From assembly GCA_964057225.1 (NCBI GenBank), contig OZ059900.1:5890001-5954000 (forward strand): a stretch of DNA of 64,000 nt, given 5' to 3'. Numbering within the stretch: position 1 is the stretch's first letter; each line of letters opens with the position of its first letter. Both the position numbers and the translations under genes were made by a program. The notes below the pieces were generated by a model. That model did no database searches, was not told the origin of the DNA, and saw only the letters and a program-made list of their open reading frames with translations. Positions 38,297 to 50,063 of this stretch are shown piece by piece. Source of the DNA: Auanema rhodensis. Taxonomy: Eukaryota > Animalia > Nematoda.

Positions 38297-40264
38297 CGAA
38301 AATAACGAAGATATGTCTGCTTCACAATTCAGGACAGTTATTCAAAAAATCTCACTGCAACACATGAAACAGAGATAAGAGCTCAAACTCTTCATCTTTT
38401 CTTTTTATTCTTTTCTCTCACTCTCAAATTCCAACTACGCACGCTGGACCTCCCATATTACGTTATAGCTAGAAGCACTTGATGAGGATCAAAACACCAA
38501 GAAGTGTTGTACTATTGCTCTTGAAGTTCACGACAATCTGCAAAAAGGCATTCCTATAAAATGCAAATCCTTATAATGAGAAAGACTTCAAAACCTTATA
38601 ATATATTTGCTTTTTATGTTCAACGCAATAAATTTTAGAGTTGTTCTCGGAACAGAAAAAAAGAGTAGTTGAAGTGGGTTCGCACGTTAAACTGGTGAAA
38701 TTTATTTTAGAGACAAATCGTATTTAAAGAATTATACAAAAGTACGAAAAAAGGAAAATAACAGAAACATAAGAAAAACTAGAAGCTTGAGGATTGAAAA
38801 AATATTGTTCGAAGAGCTATAAAAATAAAAATCAAGAATACATATTAAACCTATTGATATTCTTGAATAGTTTTTTCAAAAGTTTCCAAAAAATAATATT
38901 TTAACATATGTTATTAGAATAGTAGTAGAATATACAATAAGAGTCAGAAAAAACTGTTCAGCAGGAAGAAAATGAAATGAAAAAAAACTATGTTGAACAA
39001 GTTTGTTAAGAGGCAAACGGCATTACGATGAGAGTAGGATGCCTTGGAAAAAGGTTTGGAAGCCTGAACTTCTGTCGACCAATACTATATACCGTTGCAA
39101 ATATTGGAAACTTAGACAATCAGAAAAAACACATGAGTATTGAAATAGAAGAAGCATACAGAGATATAAACTACACTAGGAAATAGTTCAGGAAACAGAT
39201 AGCAGTTCTTTGAAAATGAGATAAACGCGAGGATCAGAAAAAAACATTAGAGAAGAGATACTATACAACTAGATGGTTTTCCCAAATTTCGTTGTGTAAA
39301 GTTTTTGAGATATTCGATTGAATATCTTCAAGACTAAGCGGCAGCTGGGACATGGCATCGAATGTAGTGTAATAAGCCAGAACATTGTTATCGAGGGATA
39401 TATGAGATAGCAGATGTAAGGAAAAAGAAAAGCAAAATAGATAAAGCTTAGTTAGAATATGAAAAGAACGTGATTCCAAAGAGAACAATAGTGAGAGGAA
39501 GTGATATCAGAACGAAGATAAAACGAGAGAAAGAAACATATGTTACACTAAAGTGAATAATAGTAGAGAGATTAGTAAAATTTATAAAATACAGCACAAG
39601 TTGATAGAAAATGTAAATAACTGTATCTCTGGTAACAAATTCATTTGGTTATTTTAACGGAAAGTACAAACTTCTAGATGAAAATTGAAATAAATTCAAA
39701 CGAACCTTTGTTCATCTTTTCGTTTTTCATTGCAATTCTTCTTCCCGTAACATTAAACTTCATCATATCTCAGCGATTTATAGATTATGCTTATGTATTC
39801 CAGTAAAAGCCTTTTATACTTAGCATCAGTTTCAACATTAAAGTCATCCAGGTACCAAGTCCCATATCTCTTGACTTTTTTAAGATTTTGTTAAAACGCT
39901 GTTACATAACCGATATTCGTTGAACAGAAAACCGATTGGCATTCAGGCGTTATGTGAAGATTCACCGTCATGTGGCTCTCACTTTGGCACAGCTGCTTCA
40001 CATTTTCAACTGAAAATCATGTTCCACATTTCTTCTCACCATTTCACTTTCTTCATTTTCATACTCCAAATGTTCTGAGTAAAAGTTTACCATTTATCCT
40101 TCAGATTTTGTTTTTCGTAATATAATTTTCTTTCTTTTGGACAATTTTTTGGAAAAAATTTTGAAAGACTTTGGTATTCGTTCAAATTATAAAATCGGAT
40201 ACGCATTATTTAACTCTGGAAACTATTAGTTTTCGTTATGAGATTTCAAATTCTCCAATATGTC

Positions 40265-41506
40265 TCCTCTTCATGATGCACAGTGTCTGATCACGGTTTC
40301 TTCAATTTATTTGCGAGTTCCGGTTATTGGAATAAGTAGATATAGTACAGAGTATGAAGAAAAGTGAGAGAAACAGATAATGAAAGAAACATTGAGGCAG
40401 ATATAATCAGAGAGCACAGAAGATAAAGAGAGAGAGAGATACTAAAAGGACGGTGGAGAAGCTGTTACACTGTGCTTCAACTTCTGCTCACTTGAGCGCG
40501 CTATATCTTCTTCTGTTGTCTCTCTGCAATCTTCTCACTATTTAATAAATTTTTCTCTCAATACCTCTCGTTTTTCTTTGAAATCTTCATTATCCTTCAC
40601 TTCTATCCCTCTTTCTTCTCCTCCTCCCACCACCCACCTCCGATGTCGACACTCATAGTTTCGTTGGCTCTTGGCGATGTCGGCTGCCTAACTTTTGCTC
40701 AATTTTTCCATTTTCTTCTTCCAATTGTATTTTTCATTCAACTTTTGAATTAATTTTTCTTTTTCCAGACTAGTTCTCAGTCTTACTCCAATAAACCATG
40801 GTGAGTTTTCTTATATGAAAATCTTTTATACAAACTTTTGCTTTTAGTCCAAGGCTGTTAAGAAGAAGGCATCCAAGAAGAGATCTGGATCTGAGGCCGC
40901 TCAGTTCGACCAGAAGACCATCCAGGAATTCAAGGAGGCCTTCGGAATCATGGACCAAAACAAGGATGGTATCATCGACAAGGTAAAACATTTGAAATTT
41001 GTTTCTTTTTTGAACTTTTTGTGTTTAGTCCGATCTCAAGGATCTCTATGCTTCCATGGGACAAATTGCTTCTGATAAGCAAATCGAGGACATGATCAAG
41101 GAAGCTCCAGGACCAATCAACTTCACCGTCTTCCTTACCTTGTTCGGAGAAAGACTCACCGGTATAATTTCAAACTTTTGAACAAATCTGAAGAACATAC
41201 TTTGCAGGAACTGACCCAGAGGCCACCATCATTGGAGCTTTCGCTATGTTCGACAAGAAGGACTGTGGAAAGATCTCTGAGGAGGAACTTCTTAAGATCC
41301 TCAAGAACAAGAGAGGAGAACCTCTTGATGAAGACGAGATCAAGGCCATGTACAAGGTAAATTTTCTAATTCTGAATAGTATTTTCTAATTTCGTGTTAT
41401 TAGGGTAAGCCACCTATTGCTGATGGACAAATCGACTACAAGGCTTTCGCTCATGTCATCACCACTGGTGCTCAAGATGAGCTCGCCAGTGCTTAAATCT
41501 TTTCCC
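40265..41506. repeat. Right arm of the mlc inverted duplication
   Basis: Reverse complement of 37055..38296; about 1.97 kb of unique spacer lies between the arms. Confidence 0.95.
40798..41496 (+). CDS. mlc-1: Myosin regulatory light chain, copy with a longer predicted 3' UTR (mlc-1-like), 5 coding exons
   Basis: Reverse-complement copy of 37065..37763. The first coding exon is the ATG only (40798-40800), there are four GT-AG introns, and the stop TAA is at 41494-41496. A TTTTCCAG trans-splice-like acceptor lies ~30 nt upstream. Confidence 0.93.
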
Positions 41507-43889
41507 CAAATCCAAAAAAATTCTTTCCTTATTCTCAAATCCTCAAAAATCATTGTATAATTCTATACTTTTTTTATTGTTAACTAACGTCCCTTCATAC
41601 ATTCGCCAAGATAATACTCTCGATGGCCATACAAAATGTCATAGCAGTTGTCTTTATGAAGAGTCGTAATAAAAGACTTCTTATTATAATATGGTTTTTG
41701 TTTTATTTCTATTTTTGATCTCTAAAGTCAATTGAATAAGGTTGGCAAAGACGCTTGAAGTGATCCAGTTGCTTATTTTGAAGTGGTTGGAGAAGAAACG
41801 TTTAGCGATATTTGTGTAGGCGATCCTCTATCTTTACGTTTTTTCATCATTCGTTTCTTGGAAATAGAGGATAAAGGTAGAGTGGCAGAGATGAGAGTAG
41901 TATGGAGACATATGCCAAATTGTAGAGATGACGACAACCACGTGGCGTCAGCTGCCGCTTCTGCTCATTGAACGCATCTTGAGCTTACTTCTCTCTCGCC
42001 TATGAACAGAGCAAACGGCTTTTATTAAATGGAATCTCAGATAAGAAGGGATAGAACGCTGAATCGATAAAGCAGCGGAAAGATCTTTCAAGAAATGATC
42101 GCTAACGAATAGTAATATATGGATTTTTATTTTGAACTGAATTATGAAATATAAGTGTAGTGTAGGAATATAGTATGATCAAGATATTAGAGGTATTATT
42201 GACAATTTGTTCACAAACTACAAGTTTTTCAATAACCATAATACTAATCGTTGAATCAGATTCGAATCATTTTTTTGCTTGCAAACATTAAATGAATGTG
42301 TATGATGATATTGGAATTTCATGTGTTTTGTAACTCTTCAATTGTGATTTACGTATTATCTTAAAGCTTTACTGTTGATAAACATGTTTTCACGTGTGCA
42401 TATCACATTTATTTACAAAGTAAAGCAAAAACTATTTTTCTGGAATTTTTCTTCTGATTTATTGAATACGAAATAAGTTGGCCATGTTGATCGTTTTGTT
42501 TTGTTCGAACAAACTATTTTCTTTGTGATTTTTTAAATTTTCTTCACTTGTTTCAATAGGGTTCAACCAACAATTTCTACCAATATTATCAAAATATCTA
42601 ATGTTCGTTTATTTTCTTTGTCTCTATTTCAATCTTTCGTTTTTTTTTTGAAACTTTTGCATTTATGTTAAACCACATCAAGAAACAACTAATTTAAATT
42701 TAGTGAAGACATTAAAGAGAAAAAAAGAAATGAAAATTGATGAACATGATAGAAAAACTCATAAGAATAGTAATAAATATTTACTTATATGACTACCCAA
42801 GCTAATTAGAAGAAAAAGTTACTTGTTCTTACTCATTCATCTAATTATTACAATGCTCACAAACTTTCAAATAAATAGCTTTGAGATGCTAATGTGCTAT
42901 TAACTATTATGTTCTACTAATGTTCTTAGTTATTGAAAATGTGTTACTAGTTGTACTTTATATGCTAATATTGAAGAAATTTCAAATTGTTATTAGTTTT
43001 TGTCTTTATGTGTACTCATTATTTTTGAAAAAAAAATCAATAGTCACTAAAGCCTAAGCACTCTTCAATCGTGTGCTCCAAGGTTATTGGGATATTTGAG
43101 CTTTGTTTAGCAGCATTAAGCAACGTTCAATACATGATAGAATTCATATAATGCTAATGGAATATTTGCTTATCCTTAAACTTATGCTAGGACCACACAT
43201 CACGAATTTATACTATTTCAAGTGTTAATACTTTGAGCTTGAATTCCTACAATTGATCTGATCGTCGACGAGGAATTCAAAAAGAAAAGCCGGTTGAAAT
43301 ATCAGAACGAGATCTTTGACGGTCGGTCTACCGAGCATTGCTCCTTTGCCCTAGTATTTTGTGAAGAACAGGATAACAGCACCAAGGCGATATTCACAAA
43401 AAAAATTCAGTTGAGAAATGTGAAAAGAGATAAAAAAAACGTTGCCGACTGATATAATGACTGTTGAGAGAGGCAGACAAGCGGAGAGGATATCTTCCGT
43501 TTTCCTCTTCTTCATATCTCTATTTGCTCGATTCAGTCGGCACTGTCGCCGATTTGTTTAGCCAACTGTTAAATGCAAGGGCAAGAAAATGAAACGAAGT
43601 ATTATTTTTCTTCTGGTTGACTTATTCTTCCCGAAATCTCACAGGGATTTTCATATATTACGGCTAATATCTTTGATGTTTCAACTGTTTGTTTCTAAGA
43701 TTAAGTAAAAAATGTTGTTGATGAATATTTAGAAGAATTTAAGCAGTATGTAATGTTATATAATGTGTTTTTCTTTGATAACACAACTAAAAAAAACAGT
43801 TCTGTTTGATTTTTTTACTAACACAAGCAATATTTCACAACATGTCGTCTAACGATAGAATAAGAATTAAGAGAAATGTTATTGGAGGG

Positions 43890-44877
43890 ATCAAAAGCAT
43901 TTTTATTTGGGATGTTTTGTGGAATAGAAACTAATTTTTCCTCAATATTGCGCAAAAACATTGAAAGTCGTACTTGGAAAGCAATTGGAGTACAGAGAGA
44001 CGAACAACATTAGGTTAAATATCACGACACAACTCAAATCATCATATGGAATTCATAAAATTCAAAACTACATATGATATTTGATGAAGCGTAAGCATAA
44101 CTGTTATTAACTAAACGAAATGGTTTTTATGTTTAAAGAGCTATGAGATCTTTAACACTTTTTATAAGAAAACCTGATTTGTCAGCTGTTCAGTCATAAT
44201 AAAATACTTTAAATAGGATAGAATATAGTATTATAAAAATACATTGGAGGTTCCTGAATTAAGTTTCACCTAATTAGGAAAATAAATGCAAACTTGCGGG
44301 AAAAGAAAGAAGATCTGAGTACTGAGACTCTATTACCTACTCTAGATATATCTATATGAGATCAAATAGAGTACAATAAGGAGGAATGAGAGTTGATGAC
44401 GTTAATGATGACGATGACGACCGGAATCACAATCTGAATAGTAATTCACAACGTACTAGTTGATCAGATTAGGGCTTAGAATAAACTCTGGAAAATTGAC
44501 TTAGGAAATGAGAAATTATAGAGAAATTATAGAAAATTTCCAATAAAGAATTATTGGATGCTTATGACAACAGAAGCATCGAATCAGTTGTATTTTGAAA
44601 TTATGGAACTTGCTAATGCTCATCTCATGTTTTTTTCACAACCCAAATTGATTGACAATGCCTGTACTTATTTTAATTTGATTTGTGAAAAGAAAAGGCA
44701 AATAGCTCATTCTCAAAATTTCTGAGGTAATTGCAAAGCTCTAAACAATTTTTTAGCTTTATGTTTTTTTTTGTATGAGATCAGCTGGAGTACTCTTTCT
44801 AGTTTTTGCGCAATATTGAGGGAGTTTTCTGAAATAGTTTGGGATTATCAATCGATAATGAAAAAAATGCTTTTGAT
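43890..44877. repeat. Degenerate inverted-repeat pair flanking ~840 bp (possible relic MITE/DNA transposon)
   Basis: 43940-43959 CCTCAATATTGCGCAAAAAC is the exact reverse complement of 44802-44821. 43890-43904 ATCAAAAGCATTTTT is the exact reverse complement of 44863-44877. The blocks are collinear with similar spacing. Confidence 0.65.
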
Positions 44878-45019
44878 TAGGTTGAAAATTTTTGATTTGA
44901 CGAGTTGAAGTAAAATTTGCTCAAAAGCCAACGAAGCTACAGTAGATACGTAATTTAGCATGAAAAAAATATTTGAAGCTGGTTATGCAAACTATGCATA
45001 TGATAAGACTAAAAGGATT

Positions 45020-46182
45020 CTAATATCCATAACCTTCACCCAGGACCATTCCTTCAGAAGGAGTAGCACTAGCAACTCCTTGATAAGAGTTGTTGGCGGA
45101 GCTAACTGCAAAAAATTTAAAACGATTAGCATCTTTATCTTTTGTATCTTACCTGGAGCACTTTGCTCAAATGTTTGTTGAACCCCGTTAGATTCGAACT
45201 TTTCGATTCCTACTTCGAGCATGAAAGCAGCATAGCGACGATATGCGAACACTGCTGCTCCACCCTAAGAATAAAATAAAATCTTTTTTCTAATAATAAT
45301 AAGATCTTACCCATGCGAAAGTGGCAAACATAGCTATCAGGACACCAAACTTAACATACTTGAGATTGGCATTCTCATCTATGCTTCCATCAATTTTAGT
45401 CCAGAATGCAAAAAATGCAATTAAATGAATTCCAGCGAAACATACTGAAAAACCAATGTTCATAAAGAATTTCACTAATTTCTCATTACATGTCACAGCT
45501 AAATCAGTATTGATCATTCGCTTACGAGTAGGCACGGAGCTCTCGTTATCGAAACGAACATCAATATAGATTACAACTGCAGCTCCGATCATGGCGAAGA
45601 ACCCAAGTGCTGAGGCAAACGAACAAGTAGTAGCACTTCCGCCGTATAAGCATATCTGAAAAATTTGAAAAGCATTGCAACTTTACATTTGCATGATATA
45701 CCTGATGATGTACGCTGCCGCTCGCCTTATGATAGGCTCCAGTAGTAACAACGTACCATAAGCAAGCTCCGAATATCTAGAAGAAATGCTATCGAAGATT
45801 TATTTCAATATTTATACAACTTTTCGATGAAATATTCAAAATTTTCTTTTAAATATTATACCAGTAATTATGCATTTTCATTATTCTTCAGAACAAATTT
45901 GCATTTTTTATGCAAATAAGCTATTGATGTAATAGTATATATTACAGAGTTTGTCACATACGACTTAATGGATCAGCAAAACAAGTAGTGCTCACTATGA
46001 ATAATTAATTTTCATATTTTTTTATAAATTTGAATCTTATATACTATTAAATAAAAAAATATATATATTTATATACAACTCACCAAACATATGCTTTTCA
46101 GGATGGTAGCAGGCCGTCGGAGAAACGCAGCAATGTCAAAATGCCTTCCGGCCATTTGAAGGAGATTAGTTGCTTGTTCCAT
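45020..46182 (-). CDS. sng-1: Synaptogyrin (MARVEL-domain synaptic vesicle protein), 6 exons
   Basis: Spliced product: MEQATNLLQMAGRHFDIAAFLRRPATILK...ICLYGGSATTCSFASALGFFA...SSVPTRKR...FFAFWTK...KFGVL...AWGGAAVFAYRRY...EGYGY*. It matches recalled C. elegans SNG-1 motifs (CLYG..STCSF, SSVPTRRR, AWGGAAFFAWRRY, terminal EGYGY). Confidence 0.92.
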
Positions 46183-49100
46183 ACTTGCGTAGCCTAAAAC
46201 ATATTGTTAAATGTTTTTAAAAATTTTTCAAGGAATCATTAAATGACGAAAGAAGAGGTTAGATATTAGGGTAACGTATTCTCACGATGACTTAATTGTG
46301 CCTGAGAGAGTAAATGCCAGATTACGAGAGCAAATTAGTTGAAGCAAAGTGAGCAGCCACCCTGGGAATGTAATTTCAAATTTGCATTGTGCGTAGGAAA
46401 ATTAATAGTTAAATGCAATGGGCAGCTTGACGTCTATTCCATATGAGGTCGGTTCATTGAAAGATGCATATAGGGTATAAAATAAGAAATCGCTCAGGGG
46501 AATTCTCGAAATATCGTGAACACTGAGTGGACATATTTTAGTAAAAAAATGAGGAAAAGGCTGTGGTGAAAATTTCATTTATGCCTTATGCGTGAATGCG
46601 CTCTTTTCCTTTTTGCTATAAGAATTAGCATTAGGAAAAACTCTTGAAAAAGGGTGGGAATTGCTGGGATAAGAAACCACATGCGCTGTGATTGTAAAGT
46701 CGATGAGATGCATGCAGTGATGGAAAGTAGATGAATGAATTGGCAGATGCTTGCCATTGGAAATTGGACATAAGTGCGTATTAATCGGCAAGGCGATTTG
46801 AGGAGGACAAACAGGGTTTAAAGAATTCAGAAAATTCTGCAAGAAAAAAGTAGGAGGATTTGAAGATTGCTCAGGAGTAATGTGTGCGACCGACCGGGTA
46901 CGGGAAGGTTGGTCAGAATGAATACGAAGCAAGGGAACAAGAATAGCCGAAATGAAAGGGGCGGGATTTAACAAAAAGGGGGGGGAGAGAAAATGGCGCT
47001 AAAAAATGACCAAAATTAAGAAGACAATTTAGGAAGGAGAGAGAGCTAACGTTTAAAGCATAGATAGATTAAAAACGAGCTGTAGAGACAGAGAAAAATA
47101 AACTGAAAATAGGAAAAGAAGAAAGAAATGCAATAAAGAGAGAAGGAAAAGGTTGTGAAGGAAAGTCTGCGGGAAGAGCAGAAATAGGGCGTATATGGGA
47201 AGCCCTAGAGAGATCTCTGAGCAGACAGCTCATGTGGTAGAGAGATCATGAAGATGAAGAGTGCAAGACAAGCTGAAGAGGATACGCTCACGATAGAGAG
47301 CTACTGATGGCGATGGTGATCATGTTGATGCAAATGGGAAGTAGCTTAGGCGGTAAAGAAGGACAGAGTGTACAATGAATAAATAAATCAATAAAACATG
47401 TGAATAATTATATGAAAAGTAAGAAATAGCACTATCGAGAGGTAGACAACAATGTTTCATAAAAGAAAACTGATGCAAACTTTCTATGAAAAAATGCAAA
47501 GATGTGATGCATTTGGTTTGCACTGAAATATGCAGCTGTGCCAGCTGCATACGGATTTATAGAAAAATTAAAATTTTTTATTTTAAAATAAAAAATTGAA
47601 AAGTTAAAACATGTGTCGTTTGATGTATCAAATCTCGGTTCAGATGTTAACAAATGGCATGAAGAAAATTTGGAAAAAAAAAGCCGTGAATTTTCAGACA
47701 TAGAATAGCATCATGCAAAAAAAAATGACGAAGGAACTGAACACTGGCAGAAACAAAAAAAATATTGACTGGAGAAAAGACAAAAAACTTCTAGACAATT
47801 CTAGCAAGGAATATGAAAACAGAAAGGTTGAAAAAAGATTTTTTTCATGTCCTGTTTGATTCTAGATATTTCTTTAACAAAGAAGAAAAAAGCTTAGTAT
47901 ATAATGACTCAATCTGAGAACGAGGAAAGCAATCTTTTAAAACAAGAAAAAGTAAATGTGAAGAACTTACTGTTTGTGACAAAACCACAAAACAGCACTT
48001 CTGAAAATGTTAAATCTGAGTCAGTAACATTGAAAAAAAAAGGTTTGAGAATGTGAATAATCTCATAGAATAGGGTAGACACACATATCCGTAATTTGAA
48101 TTGTTCTTTGCAATCTTGGAAGTCAGTTTCCAAAATGAAAAAAAAATGATTCAGCAAGTTGTTTAAAAAATTAAGTTTTTTTCTGGAAATGTTGGAAACT
48201 GAAGAAAGTTTAGAGTAATTGTAACGCATGTTTATTTGAATTATTCAAAAACTTCATAGGACGGCCATTAAATTATGTTAATATTTTTTTGCGGCATGCC
48301 GAATCTCATCTCTTTCAGTTAGTTGAGACCTATCTTGATATATAAAGAGCAGTATGTGCTTAAAGTTGAAAAAAAATATCAAGCTGGCCGAACATAAAGA
48401 ACAGTGTGTGAAATCATGAAAAGTTATGTAACTAATGAAGAGGCATATCACGAAACAAAGGAATTAAACTAAGCATAAGAGGATTAGCCAAAAAGGGTGG
48501 AAAGATATAGATACGTAGGTTTATAAATATACTTATTTATATTTATAAAACTTGAATATTTGAATATTAATAAAAAGAAAAGATAAAGAAGATTGAGATA
48601 AAAACGAATTATTATAATATATGTGCACATCAAGTTAAAAACTACATAATATATATATGATTATGGAATTAAATTAAAATCATACTCAAAGTTTTCAAAA
48701 AGTTATAAACAAAAGAATAATTAGAATTATTTCTTATTAAAATATCTTCAAAATTTCAGCTAAAAATTTAGTTTGTGTAGAAATTTTCGTAATTAGGGTT
48801 TTTTTATCGCCCATCCATATGTCTGTTAAACTTGAAATAGAAATTTAAAATAATTAGAATAATAATGAGAAATAGCAGAAAATCTTGGGAGAACGACTTT
48901 TAGTATAACACAAGACACGAGTACTGGAAGGACGCCACGGAAGATAGATAGAATGGGTTGTTTGGCATTTTATTTGGAAACGAAAACAAGCAAGCTAACA
49001 TAGCAAGTATCCAGCAGTAGTGGCAATACGATACAACAGATTTACTAGCAATTTCATATTTTGCCAACCTTTTTCTAGTTGACCATACGTAATGTTGTAG

Positions 49101-50017
49101 TTTTTATATAAAGTTTTTCATTTTTTCACTAAAATTAGTTGACAATATGTATATGGTTAACTAATTTTTCTTTGTTTATTCTTACTACGAACTATTTTTC
49201 TATTCGAATGCAAAATTGGCAAAATAAAACTTGAACATTCTACGAAAACTAAGGAACAGAATGAAAGAAAAAAAATATTATATAGTATATAATGTGTATA
49301 TCTATATCGAATATCAAGAAAGACGCCCTGCCTGATATTTCCGCAATGAGAAGACGAATTCGGCTAAATATGCCTGCTGCCAGTCGTCTCTTCAATGCTT
49401 CATGCACTACTGCATTCTCTAGCCAGTCTTATGTTTGTTCATCTGCTCCAGCTACGGCTAGTTGTGTTATTCTGGCTACAAATTCTCATGCTAACTTTCT
49501 TTCCTTTCATGTATATAGTTGGCTTTATGTTTTCATCCAAAACTTTTAGAATAGAAAAAATCACCAAAAGTCTTGATACTCACAACGAAAGCTATAAATT
49601 TTTCACCAAATTTTGGTCTTGTGACTATTTAATTGCTCACGGATTTGTGCAACTTTTATTACATTAATTTAGTTTAATTACATTCTTTAGAATATTTTTT
49701 TAGCGATTGGCTTCCGGTCAAAATCTAATCAAGTAACTAATGAAATAGTTTTGTAATTGCATAATTCTAATTAACCTGCAAGATTGGCTACATTAAGAAA
49801 AAGTAGCCGTTTAATTAAAATCTGATTGAGAATTTTTATGGTTAGATATTGTGGCTAAACGGCAAAAGGGCAAACAAACAAAAATAAACCTCATTGCTTA
49901 TTTGAAAAGAGGAAGAGATTGGCAAATGCTTGAGAAAAACTTTTAATCTAGATTTCTGAACAGTTTCACATCGGAAGTAGGAAAGGAGGGCTAAAACTTA
50001 GATATGCATATGAATTA

Positions 50018-50025
50018 GTGTGTGT

Positions 50026-50060
<35 letters not shown>
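50018..50060. repeat. (TG)n microsatellite, one interruption
   Basis: Directly visible GTGTGTGTACGTGTG... run. Confidence 0.9.

Positions 50061-50063
<3 letters not shown>

Noticed and set aside
37201-41360. Track ORFs 37201..37383, 37206..37391, 37570..37791, 40770..40991, 41170..41355 and 41178..41360
   Set aside because: They are antisense or wrong-frame shadows of the mlc exons; the real CDS needs splicing.
43243-43452. 69-codon open frame with protein-like composition
   Set aside because: No early start codon, no convincing splice sites, and no recognisable homology.
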